Shown piece after piece: positions 40,998 to 49,900 of a DNA stretch of 64,000 bases; within the stretch, counting starts at the first letter, position 1, and each line of letters opens with the position of its first letter. The stretch lies in the IMG/VR virus record IMGVR_UViG_3300020392_000008, positions 41,023-105,022 of that record. One strand, given 5' to 3'. The notes beneath the pieces are model-generated. The model did not search any database, was not told the DNA's origin, and worked only from the letters and a program-made list of their open reading frames with translations. The translations under genes and the position numbers were made by a program. This DNA is from a virus.

Positions 40998-41132
40998 TTA
41001 TCTGCCCTGTCCTCTATATCTTTTCTTATAATGCTTTGATTTTTTACTATTTGAAGTTTTACATTTAGCATGAACACCCTTTCTTTTTAATTTAGTTTTA
41101 TCAAGCGCGCCTATTGATCTAACTTTAGCCAT
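40998..41132 (-). CDS. Small basic 44-aa protein (missed by the ORF track)
   Basis: Manual translation: MAKVRSIGALDKTKLKRKGVHAKCKTSNSKKSKHYKKRYRGQGR*. Confidence 0.75.
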   Translation of the reverse strand: MAKVRSIGALDKTKLKRKGVHAKCKTSNSKKSKHYKKRYRGQGR

Positions 41133-41167
41133 TTTATATAATATTTTTTATTATATATTATTTAAAA

Positions 41168-43324
41168 TTAAGCTATATTAAAATTAGGTAAAATTTTATT
41201 AGCACTTGCTATTGCTCTATTTGGACTATTCCCCCAACCTGCATTTGCTCCAGCATATTTAGCAATAGCATCCTGGTTATTAGCAAAGCCATTTATATCT
41301 ATCCCTGCTTTTTTAAATGAATTTATGAAATATTTAATTGCTACTTCAGCTGCAGTATCTACATTATTTAATAAGTCAGGATTGTTTACTAAATCTAAGC
41401 CCGTGTCTTTTGCCCATTGTTTGTATTGTTGTTTAAATGTTATTCCATTAAAACCTCTTCCTCTATACTTATATCCGTCCCCGGGTAAAACTGGATCGTT
41501 CTTTTTATTGTTCCAAGTATGATACCCATTTTTTACACCTATGTGTCCATATATTACATCATAAAAAGCAACATCATTCATCTTTAGTTTACTTAATTCT
41601 GAGTCAGTTAGGTGTTTTAAAGGCCCGCTAAATAAATCTCTTAATCTAGCATTGCTTGTTCCACTGTATGAATATTCTGATTTTGGTTTAAAATGTGTTT
41701 CTTTTCCAATAACAGTCAGCATTCCTATTAAACTATGTGGATTGGTAATACCTAAAGACTTAGCCTTATTGATCAGTACATTAATATTTTTAGCTCTAGT
41801 TCCAGTGTATTTATGTGTAACTTTTCCATTCAGATTAGTTGATGTTGATGTGTCAGTTGAGTTAGTACTCGTCTGTCCCGCTTCTTTAAATATATTTTGA
41901 ACAAACTTAGCATCTTCAGGGCTTAATTCAATTGCATTATTAGTTCCTAATTTGTCAGAGCCTGATTTATTATATGGTTTTAAATAAAATTTATTTAACT
42001 TTTTATTATAAACTATATCTACTTGAGGCTTCGAAGCCGGTTCTGTGCTAGTTTTACCTGGGCCACTGTCAGGCGCGCTTAAAATATTATCCGATGGACC
42101 TGTTCCGTCTATTGGACTAGATTTTACTCTGCCATCCCTATACATATCAGCTAATCTAGTATCGCTAGCTTGCTTTATATCTTTTATTTTATTTGCAAAT
42201 CTTTTAAGTCCTCCTTTTTCAAGTATCATATCTGAAAATTTACTAATTGAATTTTTATGTTCTATAACAGCTCTTTTAATTATAAAGTCTGAGCTAGTAG
42301 ATATATCTTTATTATCTACTTTTAGTATACTTCCAGGAAGCAAGGTCGGTATAGTAATATTTGCTAATTTTTCTATGAATTTATCAGGTGAACCTACTGT
42401 TACTCCTACGGTATTTGTTGAAGTAGAACCTCCTTTACTACTTGACTTAGATGGAACATATTTAACTCCCTTAGTTATAGATGCCAAAAGGCTCTTATCT
42501 ATCGGAGCGTCTGATTTTATATTGTTTTTAGATTTCCAATCTGCTATTGCATTGTTTGTTTTTGTTCCAAGTTCTCCGTCTACTCCATCTTTATTTGGTC
42601 CAAAATTTCCCAGATCATATCCTGCTTTTTTAAGGGCACTTTGTATATCTTTTATGTCATTTTTAGAAAGTCCTCCAACATATTCCTCTGAAGAAAAATC
42701 AGTTTTTGCATTCGCAACCGTTTTTGCAACCGTTTGTTCAAATTTATCATTTCTATGACCTTTAAAATAATCTATAAAACCTAATAAACTACCCTGTGAC
42801 ATTTTTCTAGTATTTCTTCCAACTCTGTGCCCTTCTCCGGATAGTTTATCATTAGTATTTCCTTCAATAGTGGTAAATGTTTTATTTTTAGAATCAACAG
42901 CCGTAACTATACCAGTATGGCCTCCACCTTTACGACTTTGAATAAATACTTGCCCGGGTTTTACTAAACTTGGATTAGATCTAGCTTTAGAAATAGGTAT
43001 TTTTAAAGAAGCATCAGCCCTATTCCAGTGCTTAAGAACACCGGCAGTTCTCACTACAGGATTCTTAACTCCCATTTCTTTACAAAAATCATCAAACATA
43101 GCGTATACAAAAGCTGCACACCATGGGTATCCTTTATTACCCATTGCTCTATTATCTAATCCTACTAAATCAAAATATCTATCTATTTCTTTACTTCTGT
43201 TTGATCCAGATGGTATTTCCCTTACATTTACGTTTTTAGCAAGCGTATCTGCATATGGAACAGCCATTTGATCAGGATCTCCATTAATAGCGGCTTCGCT
43301 TAATATTTCTCTAAAAGACCTCAT
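41168..43324 (-). CDS. Multidomain peptidoglycan hydrolase: CHAP amidase, PG-binding domain and GH19 lysozyme
   Basis: YPWCAAFV/GHTGIV/IEGNT (CHAP); IQSALKKAGY...GVDGELGTKT (PG_binding_1); KETHF and YRGRGFNGIT (GH19). Confidence 0.88.
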   Translation of the reverse strand: MRSFREILSEAAINGDPDQMAVPYADTLAKNVNVREIPSGSNRSKEIDRYFDLVGLDNRAMGNKGYPWCAAFVYAMFDDFCKEMGVKNPVVRTAGVLKHWNRADASLKIPISKARSNPSLVKPGQVFIQSRKGGGHTGIVTAVDSKNKTFTTIEGNTNDKLSGEGHRVGRNTRKMSQGSLLGFIDYFKGHRNDKFEQTVAKTVANAKTDFSSEEYVGGLSKNDIKDIQSALKKAGYDLGNFGPNKDGVDGELGTKTNNAIADWKSKNNIKSDAPIDKSLLASITKGVKYVPSKSSSKGGSTSTNTVGVTVGSPDKFIEKLANITIPTLLPGSILKVDNKDISTSSDFIIKRAVIEHKNSISKFSDMILEKGGLKRFANKIKDIKQASDTRLADMYRDGRVKSSPIDGTGPSDNILSAPDSGPGKTSTEPASKPQVDIVYNKKLNKFYLKPYNKSGSDKLGTNNAIELSPEDAKFVQNIFKEAGQTSTNSTDTSTSTNLNGKVTHKYTGTRAKNINVLINKAKSLGITNPHSLIGMLTVIGKETHFKPKSEYSYSGTSNARLRDLFSGPLKHLTDSELSKLKMNDVAFYDVIYGHIGVKNGYHTWNNKKNDPVLPGDGYKYRGRGFNGITFKQQYKQWAKDTGLDLVNNPDLLNNVDTAAEVAIKYFINSFKKAGIDINGFANNQDAIAKYAGANAGWGNSPNRAIASANKILPNFNIA

Positions 43325-43338
43325 AATATTATATAATT

Positions 43339-43839
43339 TTATTTATTTAAATGGCGATCTAATATTATCAACTGCCATTCACTTATCTTAGGGTAAGCCT
43401 CTTCAGCTGTTAAAAAACCTGCCCAGTCAACTTCTTCTGCTTGTAACTGATTTTTAGGTATTCTTAAACTATTCATCTTTATTTCAGATAAATCTTCTAT
43501 TTTGTGTAAAAAATAAATTAATTGCTTTTCAACATTTCCATTTTTATCATATAAATCACATACGTATGGCTCAGACTTTGAAAGTATGGAAGCATTTAAT
43601 TCTATTCCTGTTTCTTCTTTAAGTTCTCTAATAGATCCTGTTAAAACGTCTTCTCCTTTTTCTACTTTTCCTTTAGGTATTCCTAATGTTCTTTTTTGCC
43701 AACTGGCGTTAGTTGGATGAACTAGTAAAATTTTATTATCATGTATTATACATACGCCTGCTACTTTATTTTCAATAGAATCATCTACATCTTTCCACTC
43801 TTCGTTTAACACAGATTTCAAGCTTTTAAACGATTTCAC
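43339..43839 (-). CDS. NUDIX hydrolase
   Basis: Nudix box GKVEKGEDVLTGSIRELKEETG. Confidence 0.9.
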   Translation of the reverse strand: MKSFKSLKSVLNEEWKDVDDSIENKVAGVCIIHDNKILLVHPTNASWQKRTLGIPKGKVEKGEDVLTGSIRELKEETGIELNASILSKSEPYVCDLYDKNGNVEKQLIYFLHKIEDLSEIKMNSLRIPKNQLQAEEVDWAGFLTAEEAYPKISEWQLIILDRHLNK

Positions 43840-44621
43840 TTTTTAGCTTTACTTTTTTTAACGTTTGCCCAGGGTTTACTAGGCGTAGCTTTGTTTACTC
43901 TTGCCATTGCCCATCCGTGTGCAGTCATGCCTGGTCTAGACCCTGAACTATAAAATGCTCCTAGTCCTTTAATGTATTCGGCTTTTAAACTTCCAAAAGT
44001 ATATCCTTTTTTATTTGCAACCTTTCTTATTTTTGCTTCAGTTGCTTTACTTAAAGTTTTTTTCTTTTTCTTTTTCTTTGCTTTTTTAGCTTCATTAATA
44101 GGTTCAGTATCTTTATTTCTTATGCAAAGTTCTCCTAATACTTCTATTTTACCTACTATTTCTTGAAATTTCTTTTGAGTAATGTCCATGTCTTTAGAAG
44201 TTGACTCAACTAATTCGTTTATTAAGTCATCATACTCGTCTTTAAAGTTTGACATATCAAAGTTTCCTTTAGCCGCTTTTTCATAATATGGTATTTTAAC
44301 TTTAAAATGATCATACGAAAGCATAGAAAAACCTCCTTTTTCTTTAGAGCTACTTACTGTGTTTTTTGCACTATCACCTCTTTTTTCCGCAAATTCTGTT
44401 AAATCTACTTTTGGGTCTATTGTTTCATTAGTTTTTTCTCTTTCATCTGCCTCCATCTTATCCCTAATTTCATAAGCTTTCTTTTTATCGGCTTCAGAAC
44501 CTTTTAATAACTTTTGAACTTTTTTCAATAAAGTATCTCTTTTACTACCCTTAGGCGCTTTATATTCAGAAGGATGCTCTTCTTTTAAATATTCAGTATA
44601 ACTTTTTATAGGCTTATTCAT
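43836..44621 (-). CDS. Hypothetical protein with N-terminal tag and basic C-terminal domain
   Basis: MNKPIKSYTEYLKEE; C-terminal GLGAFYSSGSRPGMTAHGWAMARVN. Confidence 0.75.
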   Translation of the reverse strand: MNKPIKSYTEYLKEEHPSEYKAPKGSKRDTLLKKVQKLLKGSEADKKKAYEIRDKMEADEREKTNETIDPKVDLTEFAEKRGDSAKNTVSSSKEKGGFSMLSYDHFKVKIPYYEKAAKGNFDMSNFKDEYDDLINELVESTSKDMDITQKKFQEIVGKIEVLGELCIRNKDTEPINEAKKAKKKKKKKTLSKATEAKIRKVANKKGYTFGSLKAEYIKGLGAFYSSGSRPGMTAHGWAMARVNKATPSKPWANVKKSKAKK

Positions 44622-44624
44622 TTT

Positions 44625-44903
44625 CTATTTCTTTTTTTTATTTAAAATCTTTTTTACTTTTTCCCTAACTTTTTCCATTTTTTTAGCATAGGTAGGGTTA
44701 CTTTTTTTATTAAAGTTTATTTGTTGGTTTAAGCTTCCTGTTATCTTTCTCATATCACTATTTCTAGTTTTAATTAGCCAATCAGCAAGTGCTTTTATAC
44801 CTAATTCTTTAAACTTTCCATTTGCATCAGGTGCATCTGAATGATGAAACTTCAATCTTTTTTTCTCGTTTAGAACAAAATTTTTAAAATTTAATAGTTT
44901 CAT
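44625..44903 (-). CDS. Small basic protein with N-terminal tag
   Basis: MKLLNFKNFVLNE. Confidence 0.7.
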   Translation of the reverse strand: MKLLNFKNFVLNEKKRLKFHHSDAPDANGKFKELGIKALADWLIKTRNSDMRKITGSLNQQINFNKKSNPTYAKKMEKVREKVKKILNKKKK

Positions 44904-44909
44904 TTCTTT

Positions 44910-45233
44910 TTATTTTTTATTTGATTTAGTTTCATTTATTTTTATAAAACTATTAAAATCAATTACTTCACTTTCTATAGTAATAAAATCAAGTTCTTTA
45001 GGTTCTTCTTGTTGGGCAGGAACCGGAACTGTTTTTGTTTTATTCATTATAAAATCAAAAACCTGATCCATATTTTCTTTAGCCACTGACACATGATCGT
45101 CTGCCCAATCATGTCCGTGTTGTAAAATTTTATCCAACATACTATGATCCATTTGATACAACATAGTTGTTTGTCTCATAATTTGTTCTAGGTTTTTAAA
45201 AAACATATAATTTTCTTGCTCATGATGTGCCAT
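44910..45233 (-). CDS. Hypothetical protein with C-terminal tag
   Basis: NYMFFKNL...HGHDWADDH; ends TIES-EVIDFNSFIKINE. Confidence 0.7.
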   Translation of the reverse strand: MAHHEQENYMFFKNLEQIMRQTTMLYQMDHSMLDKILQHGHDWADDHVSVAKENMDQVFDFIMNKTKTVPVPAQQEEPKELDFITIESEVIDFNSFIKINETKSNKK

Positions 45234-45234
45234 T

Positions 45235-45501
45235 TTAATCTTTCTTTATTTTATATATCGCTATTCCTGTTCCCTTTATAACCCTATGCCAAATTCCTTT
45301 TGGAATAGTTAAAGTTTCCCCGGGATTTACGTTTTTTGGTAATTCATCTTCTAATTGAATTTGCCAGTTGTTATTGTTTAAAGCTTCTATTTCCCTATCT
45401 TCTAGGTCTCTATGCCATTTAAAATCTTCTGAATCAGTAGATTCTTTAAATGTTCTAATAACAACGTCATTTTCTATTGTATGTTCAGTATATGGGTTCA
45501 T
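45235..45501 (-). CDS. Cupin-fold protein
   Basis: WHRD..DRE, IPKGIWHRVIKG; start placed at MNPYTE. Confidence 0.75.
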   Translation of the reverse strand: MNPYTEHTIENDVVIRTFKESTDSEDFKWHRDLEDREIEALNNNNWQIQLEDELPKNVNPGETLTIPKGIWHRVIKGTGIAIYKIKKD

Positions 45502-45509
45502 ATATATAT

Positions 45510-46091
45510 TTACCAGTATCCTGGATATGTTTTTCCTCCCCAAAGATGGGCGTATTTGTTAATTCTACAAGACCAATATCCTGCTTTTGTTTTATCTTTT
45601 TTAGTGCTACATTTATGACGAGCAGCAAAACTTTTTCTAGCTTTAGGATCACTTACTTTGGCTTTTAGTCCTGTTGTATCTCCTATCTGTAACATTTTAA
45701 CATTTCCAGTTTTAGGATTTCTAACATATACTTTAAATTTTTTAGATCCTCCTCGCGTTGGATAATTAAGTTTAACTTCCCTGCCTTTATATTTAGCTTC
45801 ATTTAAAATAAAATCTTCTAAAGGTAAATCGAGTGGAACCGTATGTCCTTCGTATACTCCTACTTTACCTAAATCGGTTTCATCAAAAAGAATTGCGTCA
45901 TCGTAACCTAATTTTAGTTTACCTAAAGAGTAAAGTTCCCTAGCCTCTTTAAGAATTTCTATGTGAGAATGGCTTCCTGGTCTAAATACTGTTTCGACAA
46001 TAGATATTGAATTATCTATATGGTATTGTAAATTTTCAGAAATTGGATTTATACCAGTGTATTCACTAAATGATTTTATTCTATTTTTCAT
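45510..46091 (-). CDS. Hypothetical protein with N-terminal tag and basic C-terminal domain
   Basis: MKNRIKSFSEY; LNE-AKYKGR; ARKSFAARHKC...GYWSC. Confidence 0.75.
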   Translation of the reverse strand: MKNRIKSFSEYTGINPISENLQYHIDNSISIVETVFRPGSHSHIEILKEARELYSLGKLKLGYDDAILFDETDLGKVGVYEGHTVPLDLPLEDFILNEAKYKGREVKLNYPTRGGSKKFKVYVRNPKTGNVKMLQIGDTTGLKAKVSDPKARKSFAARHKCSTKKDKTKAGYWSCRINKYAHLWGGKTYPGYW

Positions 46092-46260
46092 AATTGTTTT
46101 TTCTTATAGCTTTATTTTTAATATTTCTTTTTCGCTCAGAGTTTTTAGTATATGTCATTCTATTTTTTAATTCTTTATGAATTTTAGTATCCTTGGCTTT
46201 CTTTTTATACTTTTTTAATGCGTATTCTATTTTTCCATTTATTACTTTAATTATTAACAT
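46081..46260 (-). CDS. rpsU: Ribosomal protein bS21, Bacteroidota-type (missed by the ORF track)
   Basis: Manual translation: MLIIKVINGKIEYALKKYKKKAKDTKIHKELKNRMTYTKNSERKRNIKNKAIRKNNYEK*; matches the bS21 pattern I-[ED]-x-ALK-x-[YF]K...EL..R..Y.K.S..R. Confidence 0.88.
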   Translation of the reverse strand: MLIIKVINGKIEYALKKYKKKAKDTKIHKELKNRMTYTKNSERKRNIKNKAIRKNNYEK

Positions 46261-47014
46261 TTATACTCCTTACTTTATTTTTAAACCATGTAGGTATATT
46301 GTATCCATAATGGTGTTCATAAATTTTTATATACAATTGATACGATTGTTTTTCGTCTAAGCTATTACATTTGTTTATACTTTTTAAGTAATATTTACCT
46401 AAATCTGATTCGTATATAGTAAGACAATATGCGTCAAATTTATGACCTTCTGACACTTTATTATTTATGTGTTTTATTGCCCTACTTAATTTTTTAGACG
46501 GAACAACTTCAAAGTTTTGATTGTTTATGTTTTCATGAACAGAAACTAAATCATTATTAAACATTAATATTTTGTATCTTGTTTTAGGGTTTATCTTTTC
46601 TTGAAACTTATCATAACTATTTTCAGATTTTTTAAATTTATACAAAGAATTATACGTATTAGATCCGTTTTTACCAGTTGCTATTATTGGAAACTTTAAA
46701 CGTTTAACGTTGTTTCTATTCTTAACTACTTTTGGAATAAAAGACTCCCCTACATATTTGTTAAGGTGATTATAACCTTTTCTAAAATTAAAGGAATTGT
46801 ATACTGTGTAATTGTTTGATTCATTTAGCCTAGTAATTCTAAAATCATTACATATTAACACAGGCATATTTGAGGCCTCGTTTAATGATTCTATTTTAGA
46901 AAAAGGAGATTTATAATTAGCTTCATCGTTTATTAAAATATAAACTTTATTAACTATATCCTTTTCTTCACCGTTTATATACTTTTCATATTCATTAAAT
47001 GATCTGATGTTCAT
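46247..47014 (-). CDS. Degenerate ATP-grasp (RimK-like) protein with N-terminal tag
   Basis: FIPKVV, LKFPIIA, FQEKI...YKILMF, GKYYLKSIN (catalytic ExN absent). Confidence 0.5.
   Translation of the reverse strand: MNIRSFNEYEKYINGEEKDIVNKVYILINDEANYKSPFSKIESLNEASNMPVLICNDFRITRLNESNNYTVYNSFNFRKGYNHLNKYVGESFIPKVVKNRNNVKRLKFPIIATGKNGSNTYNSLYKFKKSENSYDKFQEKINPKTRYKILMFNNDLVSVHENINNQNFEVVPSKKLSRAIKHINNKVSEGHKFDAYCLTIYESDLGKYYLKSINKCNSLDEKQSYQLYIKIYEHHYGYNIPTWFKNKVRSINVNN
46266..46271 (-). promoter_or_regulatory. Shine-Dalgarno AAGGAG of the phage rpsU gene
   Basis: The minus strand reads TAAGGAG-TATAA-ATG. Confidence 0.65.
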
Positions 47015-47081
47015 AGTTCTTTAAAAGGCTATTTTTTTTTATTTATTTGTCGTATATATAAAATAAAATACATTTCATTAC

Positions 47082-48215
47082 ATGAAGACTATAAAAAGCT
47101 TTAGTGATTTTGATAAACAAGATAATCACGTAGATGAACAACTATTTAAAAGAGCTAGAGAAAAACGTAGAGAAAAGAAAGCGTTAAAGCAAGCAGACTC
47201 TCAAATGAATCCAAATGCAAGTGACGACAAAATAAGAGGAGTAAAAGGAAAAGAAGTATACACGGATTCTCAAGGTACTAGACATAAAGTAGTTTGGAAA
47301 GCACAGGATTCAACAAATTTTATTGTAAAGTTAGTTAATGATTATGATTGGTTAGATGCTAATTCAAATTTAACTCAAAATGGATCAAATGCCCTTTTAG
47401 AATTTTTAAATGGAGAAAATTCATTTACAAATCAATATGGAAAATTAGATGATGTATTTTTTCAAAAAAATATAATAGCTTATTCTGTTAGAGTAGATAC
47501 TGATAGGCGCCAAAAATTGCAATTTACAATATTAAATAAAGAAGCTATGATAGCTAAGCAAACTCAAAACGCTACAGACGGCGCTGAATTAGCTGACCTA
47601 ACAAATGTTACTTTTATTAATGCAAAAGATTTAATGACGATTGATTCAGGTATAGCTAAAAATCAAAGCATACTTTCAAATACCGAAGTTCCTGTTGAAA
47701 ATGAAAACGATGGAAAAGTTGATGATCAAGATAATCAAGAAAATACTAATCAAGAAATAGACAATGAAGAAAATAATGATATAGTAGATGAAATACCACT
47801 ACCAAATTCTGATTTAATAGGTAAGCAGTTTGAATATCAGAGCGGCGCAGACGGTAAGCTATACATTATAACAATAGATGAAGGCGATAATGGTCAACTA
47901 GAGTTTTACGCTAAAGCAAAAGATGGATCTAATGAAGGTTGGGTATATTTAAAAGACGGTGAGCCTTTTTGGAAAAACGCAGATGGAACTTCTTCAGCAA
48001 TAACAAATGCTAAAGATATTGAATTTTTTAAAAGAATTTATACTGATGAAGCTTATTTAAGACAATTAATAGCCGAATTTGAAGCAAAATATCCAAACGG
48101 AGCTGACTGGACTATTAAAGATATATTATTTTACACAGACGGTAATAAAATATATCAAGAAGAAGTTGCTACTGATGAAGAACAGCCTACAGTAAATGTA
48201 GCCGTCGCAAATTAA
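47082..48215 (+). CDS. Hypothetical protein with N-terminal tag
   Basis: MKTIKSFSDF; acidic central linker. Confidence 0.75.
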   Translation: MKTIKSFSDFDKQDNHVDEQLFKRAREKRREKKALKQADSQMNPNASDDKIRGVKGKEVYTDSQGTRHKVVWKAQDSTNFIVKLVNDYDWLDANSNLTQNGSNALLEFLNGENSFTNQYGKLDDVFFQKNIIAYSVRVDTDRRQKLQFTILNKEAMIAKQTQNATDGAELADLTNVTFINAKDLMTIDSGIAKNQSILSNTEVPVENENDGKVDDQDNQENTNQEIDNEENNDIVDEIPLPNSDLIGKQFEYQSGADGKLYIITIDEGDNGQLEFYAKAKDGSNEGWVYLKDGEPFWKNADGTSSAITNAKDIEFFKRIYTDEAYLRQLIAEFEAKYPNGADWTIKDILFYTDGNKIYQEEVATDEEQPTVNVAVAN

Positions 48216-48223
48216 AAATAAAA

Positions 48224-49849
48224 ATGAGTCAAATGTTATACAAAAAAAATACACTTCCAACTTGGTATTCTAACTATGGTCAAATTCTGAATGAACAAAA
48301 CGCAACAGTGACTGTTTTTTCAGATGACGCAAAAGAAAGATTGAAACAATATTTAGATTCTAATAAAAACCTATTAGCTGAAATAAATGAACTATATCAA
48401 AAAGTAGCTGATGGTAAAATGGAAGAAGCCTATATTTCTTTAGACGGATCTAAATATAAAGTAAAACCTGGAGATGAACTTTCTTTAACCATAGACAGAA
48501 CAGACGAAGGTTCTCCTAAAGTAATATTATCAATAGAAAATGAAAAAACATTATTAGGGGACTTAAACCTTTCAACAATTGCTGGTTATGTTTATAAATC
48601 AATGGATGGAATGGGAACATATGAAGACATGTTTGCCTCTTCACTAGCAGCTATTCACATGGATTTAGCATCTAGAAATGTATCAGCTAGAGGTGTTCAA
48701 AGAGTATTTGATATATTTAACTCAAAAGTATTTGGAACAAAATACGAGGGAGAAACCCTTGATCAGTGGATAGATGGCGATTTTGATGGAAGAGCCGAAG
48801 CATGTGCAATGGCCCTTGCTAAAAGACCTATTCCTAAATCAATTATAAGGGGAATTAGTTGGGGAACAGTGTTTACTGATTTAGGATTATTAGTATTAGC
48901 TATTCCTACATTAGGAGGCTCCTTGGCTGCTTCTGGAATAGGTAGAGCAGCAATGGCTGGCGGAAAAGCTACAAAAAGGGTAGTAAGCGCAGTTGGTAAA
49001 TCAAAAAGAATGACTAAGGCTGCTCAAAAAACTAAAGCTATTGGTAAAGCAATAAAATCAGGAAAAACCTTTCAAAGAATAACCAAACCAATGATAAAAG
49101 GTTGGAATGCAATGTCTAAATCAGCAAAGCTTACTCACGCTAAAAAGGTAATGCCCGTAGGAAAAGAACTAAACTGGATTGCTAAAAATGGTAAAGAATC
49201 AACCGTTAAAATAGTAAAGTATTTTAAAAATAAAGCCGGTAACTGGATGGTACAGGTTAGAAACATAGGTGCAAAAGGACAAAACGCAGCAGGTGGCTTT
49301 TCTGCAAGTCTTGATACGCTTATGGTGCAAGCAGGTAAACCAGGTGGAATTACAATGAAAACTGCTACTAAATTAGCTACAGCAGCAGGTTTAGTTGGAG
49401 TTCTTCAAAAAGGTGAAACTGGAAATTTAGAAGGTATAGCAGGCGAAGATGAACAAATGGATGATATGTTTAATCCATACAACCCTACTGAGTTATTAGG
49501 ATATTATGATCAAACTAATGCAGACCCCGCTAAAGCAATGCGTCAATACAAACAATTTGCCGCTAAAGAATTAGCAACTATGTTATATGATGCAATGGAT
49601 GGATGGACAGATAATTCTGATGAAATGGCAATAGCTTTAATGATATTAAGTATGGATAAACAAACCGCAATAGACGTACAAAAAGAATATCAAGCCGCTT
49701 ACGCAGGAAGCAATTTTTACGAAGATGTTATAGCAGACGAACTTGAATCAGATATGGAACAAATAGTAGGTTGTTATTGGGCAGCAATGACTGGTACAGG
49801 GCCTTATGTTTCAATGGTTAAACAAAAATTAGCAGCAGCTAAAAAGTAA
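48224..49849 (+). CDS. Protein with two annexin-like repeats flanking a TM hairpin and a basic region
   Basis: YKSMDGMGTYED...LDQWIDGDFDG and LYDAMDGWTD..DE..I...VQKEYQAAY...IADELESD resemble annexin repeats. Confidence 0.65.
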   Translation: MSQMLYKKNTLPTWYSNYGQILNEQNATVTVFSDDAKERLKQYLDSNKNLLAEINELYQKVADGKMEEAYISLDGSKYKVKPGDELSLTIDRTDEGSPKVILSIENEKTLLGDLNLSTIAGYVYKSMDGMGTYEDMFASSLAAIHMDLASRNVSARGVQRVFDIFNSKVFGTKYEGETLDQWIDGDFDGRAEACAMALAKRPIPKSIIRGISWGTVFTDLGLLVLAIPTLGGSLAASGIGRAAMAGGKATKRVVSAVGKSKRMTKAAQKTKAIGKAIKSGKTFQRITKPMIKGWNAMSKSAKLTHAKKVMPVGKELNWIAKNGKESTVKIVKYFKNKAGNWMVQVRNIGAKGQNAAGGFSASLDTLMVQAGKPGGITMKTATKLATAAGLVGVLQKGETGNLEGIAGEDEQMDDMFNPYNPTELLGYYDQTNADPAKAMRQYKQFAAKELATMLYDAMDGWTDNSDEMAIALMILSMDKQTAIDVQKEYQAAYAGSNFYEDVIADELESDMEQIVGCYWAAMTGTGPYVSMVKQKLAAAKK

Positions 49850-49856
49850 TTTATTA

Positions 49857-49883
49857 AAACTATACACAGTAGCTAGGTATAAT
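49857..49883 (+). promoter_or_regulatory. AAAC-N16-GTATAAT promoter
   Basis: Intergenic, upstream of the 49901 gene. Confidence 0.65.
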
Positions 49884-49900
49884 AAAATAAAAGTTTAATT

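Noticed and set aside
42045-42758. 237-aa plus-strand ORF and the other antisense ORFs in the track (e.g. 6617-6994, 13026-13376, 13578-13943, 16607-17005, 39327-39704)
   Set aside because: They lie entirely opposite well-supported genes and have no motifs; they are shadows of codon bias.
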